DNA of 20,000 bases from Sarea resinae (taxonomy: Eukaryota): positions 123,970-143,969 of the forward strand of contig JAPEUD010000065.1 of NCBI GenBank assembly GCA_026026165.1, given 5' to 3'. Shown here piece after piece: positions 9,833 to 20,000 of the stretch. The notes below the pieces were generated by a model. That model made no database searches and was not told the origin of the DNA. It worked only from the letters and a program-made list of their open reading frames with translations. The position numbers and the translations under genes are program-made. Positions within the stretch are counted from its first letter, which is position 1; each line of letters begins with the position of its first letter.

Positions 9833-11371
9833 GTCTTTGATATGTGCTTAGTCGTCCGATCGTGATGCTGCTTAGTCGCTGATGAGTCGTTGATCTCGGC
9901 GCCGAGATGATGAGTGGACAGAATGAGTGCGGTGGTAGTGGGAGATCGGCTTGGGAGAGTTATATGACCCTTTGACCGTGACTGCATTCACATTCAGAGA
10001 TGCACCTGCACATCAGCAGCTCACCTCAAGTAATTTGCATATCTGGTACAAGCCTTCCATTCTGTCTACACAAGCAGCAATTGCTCAACGAAGTTTGAAG
10101 GGCCGAGGGGGCTGCATCAATATACGGAAGCTGGTGGGGAGAATGATGAGCTCTCCCAAGGATTCAGATTACGGCAGCTTACTGTTGAGCAAACTCTCCT
10201 TTCCTTGAGGTTGACAGTTTAAAATTTAAGATTCTCAGGCCCCAGCATTAGATCACCTTGGCAGTCTATGCCTAGGAAAGTTTCAAGCAGATTGGACACT
10301 CTAGATCTGCCTACCTTACCTTCCTGAGGATGCGCATAATCTTGCGTCTCTGGTCTCCTACCTAATATCGAAGGCACCCAGTCCATCGGAAAAAAATAGT
10401 CTTCAGGATTGAGCAGTGAGGTGATGGATCGGATACGTCAGGTAAACAGAATTCCGAATCGAGTAAGGTACCTGCCAGCTGGAGCCCGAGGTCTCGATCA
10501 TCAACTCTGTACAGCAATGTGTCATTGACACTCGCCAACAATCAAAGCAATCTTCTTCATGAAGATGCCAGTGATAACCCAACTACCTTATCTATAGTAA
10601 TTGACAGAAAGCATGGTGCCTGCTGAAATCACACATCTCAGATCCGAAATGTAGGTATGCAGCGCTACCTGCGAATAAATAGATCTATCATAGCGTGGAG
10701 AGAATTAGAGTCAGCTCGTTACGGAGACCACGTGGACCGAACGGTCAATCTAATCTTAGTAGTCACGAATGGATACAGAAGTACACCTACTCTGGAGTAC
10801 TCCGGAAGAGAGCCATGGATGATAGTGGTTGCGACCCTACTATGATACTCACTAAGGTAATACCAAAATACCTTCAACGGTAGTAGAAGCTGGAGTGTAC
10901 GTTCGTAGCTTCGTTCTATTCATGTAACCATACCTCCGTTAGCCTACTAACGGTCGGTGGCACTCCCAGGCCACGGCCTTTCAGCTTTCTACTCCAGTAC
11001 TGTACAGAAGAACATGCTGCCCTGACCCCTGAATGAGATATCCGAAAAGGCTGCAGTGACTCACTAGCACGGGGTACACGAATAATCCCGACACAGATAA
11101 GGTAGCCCTGGATGGATGCCTACTAACCTTACTGCACAGTACTATGAATACCTTGCACATTGATCCTACTTGCAGGCAGCTTGACTCACTGCCGCGCCCT
11201 ACCTTAGGGCGTGCTGAAGTAGGCCTCAAGCGCCAGCATACATAGAATGCAATATCTCCATCTTTGATGCCGAGGGAGAACAACGGACGATTGCTCTCTA
11301 CTGCAGCTCTCCCACCTCACATAATTGTCTTCTTTAACGTATGGGATTGAACTCCCAAACCCTCACTCACA

Positions 11372-12303
11372 ATGCATATCCGCCCCTGCGTGCCCGACGA
11401 TTACTCTGCCGTCGCAACCTTATGCAGCCGCGCCTTTGCCAACGATGATCTGTCTAATTTTCTACATCCCAGGCTCAACGACTATCCGGAACACTTCCGT
11501 CGCTCGTGGTTGCGATCTACTCGGATGCGCTACGTGAGCGGACAACACTTGTACGTCGCCGAGACAGACGAGAAGGACGGAGTTCACTGGACGGGGACAC
11601 CACAGGTCGTGGGATTCGCATCGTGGGAGCGAGATGGTGACAGCGAGGCGGCACGGAAGTGGCGACGACCGGATACGCTTGCCATCAGTAGGTTGAGCCT
11701 GCCTCTCAGGGGGCCAAATGCTGCCTTCTTGGAGAGTAGGGAAGAAGCTTCTCGGTTTCTTCCTCCCTTAGCGGCCCCCTCCCCCCGCCGCAGAAGAAAA
11801 TAAGGCAGGAAGTCGAAACTGATACCATACGCGCATATTTAGAGCTAGAGCGTCTCCTTCTCAAATGCGAAGGGTACTACGAACAAGTCATTGGGCTCGA
11901 TCAATCCATCTCCTGGCCTAACAAACGACTCTTCATGTCCCTCGTAGCCGGCGAGGGGATCAACTTCGCTGAAACAGTCGGCGATAGCTGGCACCTACGG
12001 CTACTGGCGGTGGACCCCGACATCCAGCGCTGCGGCATCGGTTCTCGCCTTGTTGAATGGGGCCTTGAAAAGGCGACGCAGGAAAAAGTGCCAGCAACTC
12101 TACTGGCCAGTAAGGCTGGTGAGAATCTGTATCGTAGAAAAGGCTTCAAGGCCTGGTGGTGGACCGATTCGGGAGAGATGGGAATCCGAAATGCACCAGC
12201 TATGGTCTGGGAACCTGAAAACATCAAGGGTCGGTGGTATGAAACATTAGAAGACGGCAAGGTGGTGGTGGGGGGGCGGACGATTGATACAGTGGAAAAG
12301 TAA
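11372..12303 (+). CDS. GNAT family N-acetyltransferase, about 258 aa (exons 11372-11687, 11843-12303)
   Basis: N-terminal MHIRP and VVGFASW, motif A LAVDPDIQRCGIGSRLVEWG, motif B LLASKAGENLYRRKGF. The 155-nt intron 11688-11842 (GTAGGT...ACTGAT...TAG) joins the two ORF-track pieces in frame. Confidence 0.9.
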
Positions 12304-12663
12304 TCCTTCCAGGTGTCTGGTTGCCTGTCTCCTCCAGCGAACCTTCAATTTTTTTGTTATATAGAGCAGGTAGATCAGGTATTGATAATGAGGTCGTAAT
12401 TCAGTTGCCCAGTCGAGGGATAAAGACGCTCCAGCTGCGTCAACGCCGATCCTAAGCGACTTGTGCCGCCATCACAGAATACGGTAGACATGGTAATCAG
12501 TGCACAAAATTTCTAGACAGGAGCAGTAAGGAAAAAAAGTGTGAAGCATAATTGTTGCTATCAAGACCACAGCCCATTCACTCCGAATCACTGAGACCAC
12601 CATATCGTCGGTTGCTCTGTCTTTGACTCTTGATCCAGCTCTCCTTGTAGACCTTCTCTCACC

Positions 12664-15220
12664 ATGGACGAGTCACCTCGCAAACGTCCCAGGCTTGCGA
12701 CTCCTCCTGCCTCTGAGACAAAGGGTCCTGTTGCTGCACCAGAAATCAACATGGAAGACGCTGCTACGATGAACGTTCTAGATTCATCTAGCACAGCTGC
12801 TGAGAACCAGAAAGAACTTGATGTCGCCATCTCTGAATTCGTGAGCCCCGATACACCTGGGTTCACAGGGATTCTCAAGAAGAGGTACGTATGATCGTCC
12901 TCGTTCAATTGACTCTCATCTCAACTCAATATCATTCTCTCTAGGTATACAGACTTTCTGGTCAATGAGATTCTGCCGTCTGGCCAAGTCCTGCACCTGA
13001 CCAATACGAAACCGCCACCCCGAGTCAAGCCCGTGCCGAATGACCAGCCCAATGGGCCGAATCCATCACTCACTCAATCACAAACAGACGGCGCGAGTGA
13101 TGGAATTCCTATAATTTCTCCGCAGATAGAGCCAGACGTAGCCGTGGCTCGTGAAGTGCCATCAGAAACAAGCACAGACCCTTCAGGGCCTAAGGAGGAT
13201 GGTCAGGATTTCATGGTCAGTGGCTTGTTACAATTGGGTGCTATGCAGTACTAAAGTCCTCTTTCAGCTTTCGGTCGAGGACAAAGCTCTACTGGATTCT
13301 TTCTTTGGTGGAGACACCGTGCAGTCGATTGTCAATCTGTATCGCAAGATACTTGATTCGCCAAAGGCTAGAGCCAATTCCTTCGATAAAGTGAAATCAG
13401 CGCCAATATCTGATCGGGGACTACGCACAAGCATCCACCAAGCCATTCGTCGCATATTTTCATCTCGTCTCGAAAGCTCGACAGATGGCGAGGGCGCAAT
13501 GGTCATCTCTGCCTCTGGCAAGGGAAGCTCGGCGAACTCTGCAGCACGAGGGGGTAATGGAAGAGGAAATCCTAGTGATCGTTCTCTGCAGAAGCCCAAA
13601 TTGGGGTGGAAGGAACTAGGTGGAGAATACCTTCATTTCACTCTGTACAAGGAGAACAAGGACACCATGGAGGTGATATCGTTCCTTGCCAGACAGTTGA
13701 GGGTCAAACCGAAAGATTTTCAATTTGCCGGCACTAAGGATCGACGAGGTGTCACGGCGCAGCGAGTCAGCGTTTACCGCATGCACGCAGAGCGCCTAGC
13801 TGGCGTAAATTTGATTCTAAGAGGCTCTCAAGTGGGCGATTTTGAGTATCAGCCTCATGGCCTGGATCTGGGTGACTTGAAGGGTAACGAATTTGCGATC
13901 ACTCTTCGAGACTGTCATTTCCACGACGAGGCAGGTCTGAACATCGAGGAGAAGCTCAATCTTGCTTCAAATAATGTCGCCCAAGCGATGGCTGATCTTC
14001 GAAACAAGGGCTTTATCAACTACTATGGCTTGCAACGCTTCGGCACCTTTGCTGTCCGAACGGACACCGTGGGCGTCAAGATGCTCCAGGGTGATCTCAA
14101 GGGCGCTTGCGATGCTATATTAGATTACAGCCCCGTTGCGCTAGCCGCCGCTCAGCATCCCACCGACTCCAAGCATAACAAGGTCCTCGTCTCTTCCGAC
14201 GACAAGGCCCGCGCCGAGGCATTGCACTCCTTCAAAACGACGGGAAAAAGCCAGCCGGCGCTTGATATTCTTCCCCGGAAATTCTCCGCCGAAGCAGGCA
14301 TCATCAAGCATCTCAGCCATCCTGCCCGTGTAAACGACTACCAGGGCGCTCTGCAGACCATAGCTCGTAATCTACGCCTCATGTACGTGCACGCGTATCA
14401 GTCGCTCGTCTGGAACAACGCCGCCACGGAGCGTTTACGGAGATGGGGCAGTCAGGTTATAGAGGGCGATCTGGTCATTGTGGAAAAGCACCACCAAGTA
14501 AAAGCGACTGAGAATGCAGACTCGAAGGCCGCGCCCACTGATGAGGTCGACGACCAAGGCGAGCCCATCATCCGTCCCGACGTCACCGATCGAGCCGCCT
14601 CGAACGAGGATTCTTTTATCCGCGCGCGTCCGCTATCGAAAGACGAAGTCGCAAGTGGCCAATACAGCGTCTTCGACATCGTGCTGCCGCTCCCCGGCTT
14701 CGACGTCGTCTATCCCTCGAATGCGCTCGGCGACTTCTACAAGACCTTTATGGCGAGCGAGCAGGGTGGCGGATTGGATCCCTATGATATGCGCCGGTCG
14801 TGGAAGGATGTCAGTCTCAGTGGGAGCTATAGACGCCTGCTGAGTCGCATTGGAGAGGATTGGGAATGTGAAGTCAGGGGATATGTCAAGGAGGATGAAC
14901 AGATGGTTCGAACGGATCTGGAGGTTCTGAGGGAGAAGGGCAAGAACGCCAAGGGGAGTGATCGTGATCGGGGCGCTGCGAGTGCGAGGGGGCCAGTTGC
15001 TACTACTGCTACTGCTACTGCGGCAACGGCAACGGCAACGGCTGCTGCTGCCAAAATGGAGGTAGAAGCAGAAGTAGACGGTGCGCCGGAAGAGCAGAAG
15101 AAAATCGCCGTCATTCTTCGGTTTCAACTCGACGCCAGTCAGTACGCCACGATGGCGCTGCGCGAGCTGATGAAGTTGGGCGGGGTCAAAGCACATAAGC
15201 CTGAGTATAGTGGGCGGTGA
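12664..15220 (+). CDS. PUS7: Multisubstrate pseudouridine synthase Pus7 (TruD family), about 814 aa (exons 12664-12884, 12945-13215, 13268-15220)
   Basis: Motifs GFTGILKKR|YTDFLVNEI, FTLYKENKDTME, catalytic FAGTKDRRGVT, GNEFAITLR, FINYYGLQRFG, MYVHAYQS, LSGSYRR and YATMALRE. Introns at 12885-12944 and 13216-13267. Confidence 0.97.
14998..15052 (+). repeat. Coding Ala/Thr low-complexity tract in PUS7 (GCTACT / GCAACG / GCT repeats)
   Basis: Encodes ATTATATAATATATAAAA in a variable loop before the final conserved strand. Confidence 0.85.
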
Positions 15221-15712
15221 TTGATTAATTATCGATCGATCCCGTTATGATCTCAGCTGTAGGTAGCTAGATAGATGGAGAGTTGCATGGATATATCTAC
15301 CTACCTACTTACTTTCCTTCCATCATCCTTAATCATCGTCAATTTTCATTTGTAGATCTGATATCAGCCCAAGCCAAGCATACGCAAAAGAGGAGGAAAT
15401 TCCCTCGGTGCTCGCTGATCAAGCGATGATTGATTGATCAATTGCTGTTTTCTTCTTCCATGAATCCGGATGAGAGAAATAAAAATACCATGATAGCGCG
15501 TTTGTAGAACTCGAAATCTCTCGTATCAATAATCAATTCATCAAATCCATCATCGGATCCTCCAAAGGATCACCATCGTGTCACCCACTCACTAATCATC
15601 AAAAGGCCCTCCTCCTCTTTCTTGCCATTCGATTATTTGCCACAGCAAAAAGCCATCCTCGCAGTCCCTCCCCGTCCGTCCTCTGAATTAAAAATAAAAA
15701 ATAAAAAAACCC

Positions 15713-15718
15713 AAAAAA
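15713..15718 (-). terminator. RNA polymerase III oligo-dT terminator of the tRNA gene
   Basis: T6 run on the minus strand 4 nt downstream of the tRNA discriminator base, followed by further T runs. Confidence 0.8.
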
Positions 15719-15722
15719 CAAT

Positions 15723-15877
15723 TGCCTACTACTGGAGTCGAACCAGTGACCTTTGCATATCATACTGTAACGCATGGAACCGAGAAAGTACACCCCCAGC
15801 GCCGTTTTGCAGCGGAGGGAATTCCGTAGACATACATACATACAAGTGCAACGCAGCTACCACTGTGCTAAGCAGGC
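15723..15877 (-). tRNA. tRNA-Thr(UGU) with an 82-nt intron (exons 15877-15841, 15758-15723)
   Basis: Acceptor stem GCCTGCT/AGTAGGC+A, D loop AGTGGTA, anticodon stem TTGCA/TGCAA with loop CT-TGT-A^A, T arm ACTGG-TTCGACT-CCAGT. The intron sits at the canonical 37/38 position and the mature length is 73 nt. Confidence 0.95.
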
Positions 15878-16169
15878 TGGGGCAATTTGAGGAAGGAGCT
15901 CGGGAAAGGGAGATATGAACCTCGGTGAGTGTTTAGGGCTTAGACATGACACTGGACGAGACTGGCTGCACGCCGACGACGACGATCGCGCCGGCTTTGA
16001 TGATCATGCTGGTCGCATCAAGTACCTACCTAGCTAGAATTCCAGAAAGAAAGAAGCCATCTCCTTCCCTTCCCTTTCCTCCCTCCAAAGTCCATCCCTT
16101 CAACATCGTACAAAAAAAAGAACATGAAAACAAGAAGTACTAACTCCACCAGCCTCATTCCCTCCACAC

Positions 16170-16193
16170 TCAGTCAGTCAGTCAGTCAGTCAG
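16170..16193. repeat. (TCAG)6 microsatellite
   Basis: Six tandem TCAG units read directly from the sequence. Confidence 0.95.
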
Positions 16194-16918
16194 AGTCGAC
16201 GAGGAAGCGATCCAGGATGGCCTGCGGGAGATGCTCCGGCGGGAAGGGGCAGGGATGGCGAGTTCCAATCCTACGAGCCGCGATCCAGATAGGGTAAATC
16301 AATCATCACTCCTGGATGTCGCCGGCGGGCTGCATCGCGTCTCGGAGAGACTGAGGGATAGATGCCGCCTCACTCTGCTCTGCTCTGCTCCAATTTTCAA
16401 CAGGTGGAAAAAGAAATATATACAAGAAAGGCCCGGCGCGGGAAACCATCGTGCCATAGGTAGGCATATACGTAGATGTTATCTCAAATGGTAGAACACG
16501 GTATGAAGATCAAATGAATGCATTTCCCGTAACCTTTTTGCTCGCATCTACCCTGGTATAGCGCTTTAAGAAGAAAGCAAAAAAGACGCTGGTACACCAA
16601 AGCAAATGCCGCAGTACAGTCTCGCAAGGTCGAGAGAAGAGAGAGGAGGCGCCGAGAAAGAGAGAACCTGTGACGCCGAAGAAAAAACATCCGCCAACCC
16701 CAACAGAGTAAAAATGCAGCCGGGAGGACTAATAATACCATACAATATGTCCGCAGTCGCGAACCTCGCTCAGAGAAGTCAGCAGATAGAAGGAAAAGGC
16801 TATACAGCAACCCTCGTCTTTCGCTCTTCAAGACCAACCAATCCAGGACTACCCTGACTCGTTCCGCTCTCCTCATCAGCCTCCGTAGGCCTGCTCAACA
16901 AACTTTCTTATCCGTGAT

Positions 16919-18741
16919 TCATTTCGTCGCCGATCGACCCCCCTTCCAAACCCTCATAGCCGGCGCACTGATATCCCTCCTCACGCCTGCGCCCTCGACC
17001 ATCTGCTTGCGCGGCGTGTACGTTCCCGCAGCCATACTCCTCGCCCTGCCCCTTCGCTGACGGATCTGCTCGAGTGCCTCTTCACGGGTCATGGTTGTGC
17101 TGGCAGTAGTCAACGCGCTATCGTCATCGTTGTCAGCCGCAAGAGGGATTTTGATTGTCGTCGTTGTGGTGTGTGTTTTGGGTGTGTTCGGCGGTAGAGA
17201 CGAGGAAATGGTGGGAAGAGTGTTAGTGGGAAGACTGGAAAACGTGGTGGGATCAGAGAATGAATGCTCAAGCGGTGGCCGTGACGTTGACTCCGAGCTT
17301 TGCTCGCGCTCATTCTCGGCCGTGTCTAGGACTGGGCTGAATCGAGCGCTGGTACGAAACGTGCCAGTCGTTGGGGAGAAGTCGATGCAAAGATCCTCTT
17401 CCCGAGGTCCAGGAATGTCTACATCCATCTCATCCTTGGCAGATTCGTCTTTGCCAAGTTCATCCTGATTGGGTTCCAGCTGTGGAACTTCCGCCTGCTG
17501 GCCAGAGCAGATCTCATGTTTATCATCGACACTTTGTTGTTGATTCTTCGATTTGCGTCCCGCGACAATTCCAGTCAGAAGCTCATCATGCACGTAGTGC
17601 CTTCCACGCTCCTCCAAGATCCGGCATGAACAACATCGGAGCTGACACTCCAGCTTCATATATGTGACCAGCTTCTCGGCATTCTCGCGCTGTACCCTCT
17701 CGATTGCCACTTGCTCCTTCAAAGATATCATTTCTTCGTCATTGACCTGCGTCGCGGTGATGGGCTTAGCGGTAGTAGGTGCTGCCTTTCTCTTCTTCTT
17801 GGGTGAAGAGAATTCATCGCCTTCTGGCGGTATGGGTAGAGCGATGCGTCCTTCGGCGGCGATCCTGGCAACTTCTTCCTCTCTAAGACTTTTCTTGAGT
17901 GCATCTCGTTCGGCCTCCACCGTCCTCACCTGCTCTTGTTGCTTCTTTAGTAGTTCTTCTTGCACAAGTTCCCCGTCCTTGAGACTCTGCTTGAGCTCAT
18001 CTCGTTCGGCCTCCAATGTGTGCGACTGTTGTTGTATCTGAAATAGCTCTTGTTGCACCTCGGCGAGCTTGCTCTCGGCATTGAACGCATCATGGTCGCG
18101 CTTCTTAGTAAACTCCTTTTCATTGGCCAGATCGGCTTGGGTGAGGCGTAGCGTGCTCCGCGTCGCCTTCAGTTCTTCCTGCAATTTGACCAGAATGGAC
18201 GCCGATTTGAAAGCGTCCTTCTTGGTTTTCCGGATCTCTTTCTCGAAAGTAAGCTGATCGCGGCGGTGTTCGTCTTTGCTTCTATGTAGATCTTCCTGTT
18301 ATGTGATAACCACTGTGAGCTTGGGTCTCAACTGAAAGGAATGGCTGTATGGCTATCTCCTACCATCAGACGGTCTACCCTCTCAGCGACTCTCTTCTCT
18401 CTCTCTTGACGTTCCCCGACTTCCTTTTTCAGTCGTGCCAGCTCGTCTTTGACCGTCTTTGCTACAAACTCTGCCTCCTCGCGTCCCATCTCAGCACGTT
18501 TCAAGGCCGCGTCGGCCACCTTTTTTCGAGTAGCCATGTCTTTGTCGATGCTGTCAAACTGTGCGACCCTGTTCTTGACACTGAACTCGGAATTCGTCGG
18601 GCTCCGCAGAGAGCCCATGCTGGGTAGAGATGGAGAGCTGGGCAAGCCATACTGAGGCATCCGCTGTTGATTCGTGCGTTCTGGAGAGATGGCGAAGAGT
18701 GGGGTGCCCGGCGAGGCTGGGAATCTCACGAAGGGATCCAT
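16919..18741 (-). CDS. Fungal coiled-coil protein of unknown function, about 584 aa (exons 18741-18364, 18295-16919)
   Basis: The 68-nt intron 18363-18296 (GTAGGA...GCTCAC...CAG) joins DRLM|EDLHRSK in frame. Long E/K/Q-rich heptad region, Cys motif ECQLRCCSCR and C-terminal MTREEALEQIRQRRGRARS. Confidence 0.85.
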
Positions 18742-19480
18742 GCTGGGTTTGCGCAGTTGAGGGTTGAAGTTATGTGGATGTGATTGATGGAAGCTACTTG
18801 AGAGCAACAAAGGATTCTTTGGATGGGTCTGGGCAAGGATCCGTGTGAAGCAAATGGAGGCTGCAGGATGATGCAGAAGCAATCGGTGGTGCAGCGTTTA
18901 CGGGTTGGATTCCATTCCAGTGTTTACGTGACAAGCGAGAAGAGAGCTCGAGGGGCAACGCCATGGCAACGCGTGTGCTCTGACGCGAAGTATTCCGTAC
19001 CGCAACGCCTCTGTTATGCGCACCTAATCCACCCGTTTCCTGGCCCGCCCACCTCAGCATCCTCACGGTTTCTCCTTTCGTTAGACAACAAGAGCACTCA
19101 AATATGATGGATGGTTTGGCCTCGGAAGCATCACGAGTAGCAGGAATGTCTTCGAATGATTGCCGGCATCGCCCCAATTGCTGCATCGTTGCTTACTAAT
19201 GATCGACAGCCCAGTACTACGTAGTAGAGTAGAAATCAAATTGGATCCATGGAAGCTCTCGAAGGCACGAAGGAGATGCCGAGGTCTACGTACTACGTAG
19301 TACATAGTAGTACCTTACTAAGAGTGTTTCGGAAACGGCATAAACAATAAACGGTGCCCAGACCCTACATACTATGTACTCCATAGTAGTACGAAGCAAG
19401 CCGTAGTGAGGTGCTTACCTATCCATGGATGTTCCTACTCGTACTCGGAGCACTGACGAGCACTGACCTCGGCGAGGCCG

Positions 19481-19530
19481 GTACCTCTTCATACCGGGCA
19501 GTACCTCTTCATACTGGGCTGTACTTCTCT
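19481..19530. repeat. 20-bp direct repeat, about 2.5 copies (GTACCTCTTCATACYGGGCW)
   Basis: Copies at 19481-19500 and 19501-19520, and a partial copy from 19521. Confidence 0.8.
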
Positions 19531-19785
19531 GTACGATGTACGATGTAGATGCCTTAGCGACAGGAGCTACCTACCTACAGGAGATCCGTCCGTCGCTAGA
19601 GGCGAGGCGAGGCCAGGCCAGTGATTGCCACTGGGAATAACTCGGATCACTGAGATTCCTCATCCAAGTGCGGAAGCCCAAGTCGGGTCGCCTGCAGATG
19701 GCGCCCGGGGAGATCTGCGTCGTCTGCAACGTCTGGCAAAAGAAAGAACACCAGAGAGGGAGGAACCCCGGGGGAGGAACAACAA

Positions 19786-19853
19786 CAACCACGCATTCAA
19801 CCACGCATTCAACCACGCATTCAACCACGCATTCAACCACGCATTCAACCACG
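19786..19853. repeat. Perfect 12-bp tandem repeat (CAACCACGCATT), about 5.7 copies
   Basis: Units start at 19786, 19798, 19810, 19822 and 19834, with a partial unit at 19846. Confidence 0.97.
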
Positions 19854-19900
19854 ACGGAACAACGGTGATACTTTGTAGTATTTCCATCGATTGATCCCTA

Positions 19901-19981
19901 GATGATGATGAGGAGGAGGAGGAGGAGGAGGAGGAGGAGGAGGAGGAGGAGGAGGAGGAGGAGGAGGAGGAGGAGGAGGAT
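19901..19981. repeat. (GAT)3(GAG)23 trinucleotide microsatellite
   Basis: Uninterrupted GAG run from 19910 to 19978, flanked by GAT units. Confidence 0.97.
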
Positions 19982-20000
19982 GACCAATCCCTCCCTTCTT

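Noticed and set aside
6159..10479. Perfect 14-bp inverted repeat (GCTGGCAGGTACCT at 6159-6172, AGGTACCTGCCAGC at 10466-10479) bracketing the SRA and methyltransferase genes, like transposon TIRs
   Set aside because: About one 14-bp inverted match is expected by chance in 20 kb (roughly 2e8 pairs / 4^14). There is no target-site duplication and no transposase.
9951..11283. Short ORFs in the methyltransferase-GNAT interval
   Set aside because: No motifs, mostly non-ATG starts, and I could not build a consistent spliced model. Treated as a divergent promoter region.
13151..13267. ORF-track N-terminus of PUS7 (MKCHQKQ...)
   Set aside because: It reads exon 2 out of frame and through intron 2. 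The real start is 12664.
15359..15420. Hairpin in the PUS7 3' region (ATCAGC...GCTGAT) as a possible H/ACA snoRNA
   Set aside because: No H box, second hairpin or ACA tail recognised, and the stems are short.
15759..15840. Box C/D guide RNA inside the tRNA intron, as in archaeal pre-tRNA-Trp
   Set aside because: No RUGAUGA and CUGA box pair is present.
16231..16876. ORFs between the tRNA and the coiled-coil gene
   Set aside because: Low-complexity purine/pyrimidine-skewed sequence typical of a 3' UTR or intergenic DNA, with no protein motifs.
18742..18882. Upstream extension of the coiled-coil ORF from a non-ATG codon
   Set aside because: The first in-frame ATG is at 18741 and the extension looks like 5' UTR.

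Overview
Eukaryotic DNA from a filamentous ascomycete (Pezizomycotina), inferred from short GT-AG introns with CTRAY-type branch sites and fungal gene families. The ORF track fragments most genes, so I rebuilt the spliced models by hand. From left to right: a candidate 3-exon orphan gene (-); a Ser-rich protein with five internal repeats (+) followed by a minisatellite; a CarT/CAO-2-like carotenoid oxygenase (-); a stand-alone, divergent SRA/YDG protein (-); a divergent LaeA-like SAM methyltransferase (-); a GNAT acetyltransferase (+); Pus7/TruD pseudouridine synthase (+); tRNA-Thr(UGU) with an 82-nt intron (-); a coiled-coil protein (-); and a repeat-rich end. The main points of interest are the SRA + methyltransferase + GNAT trio with altered pocket motifs, a possible TFIIS-N-like domain fused to the SRA, two structured long introns, frequent AAG splice acceptors and the hidden spliced gene at the left end. 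No mobile element or CRISPR array is supported.
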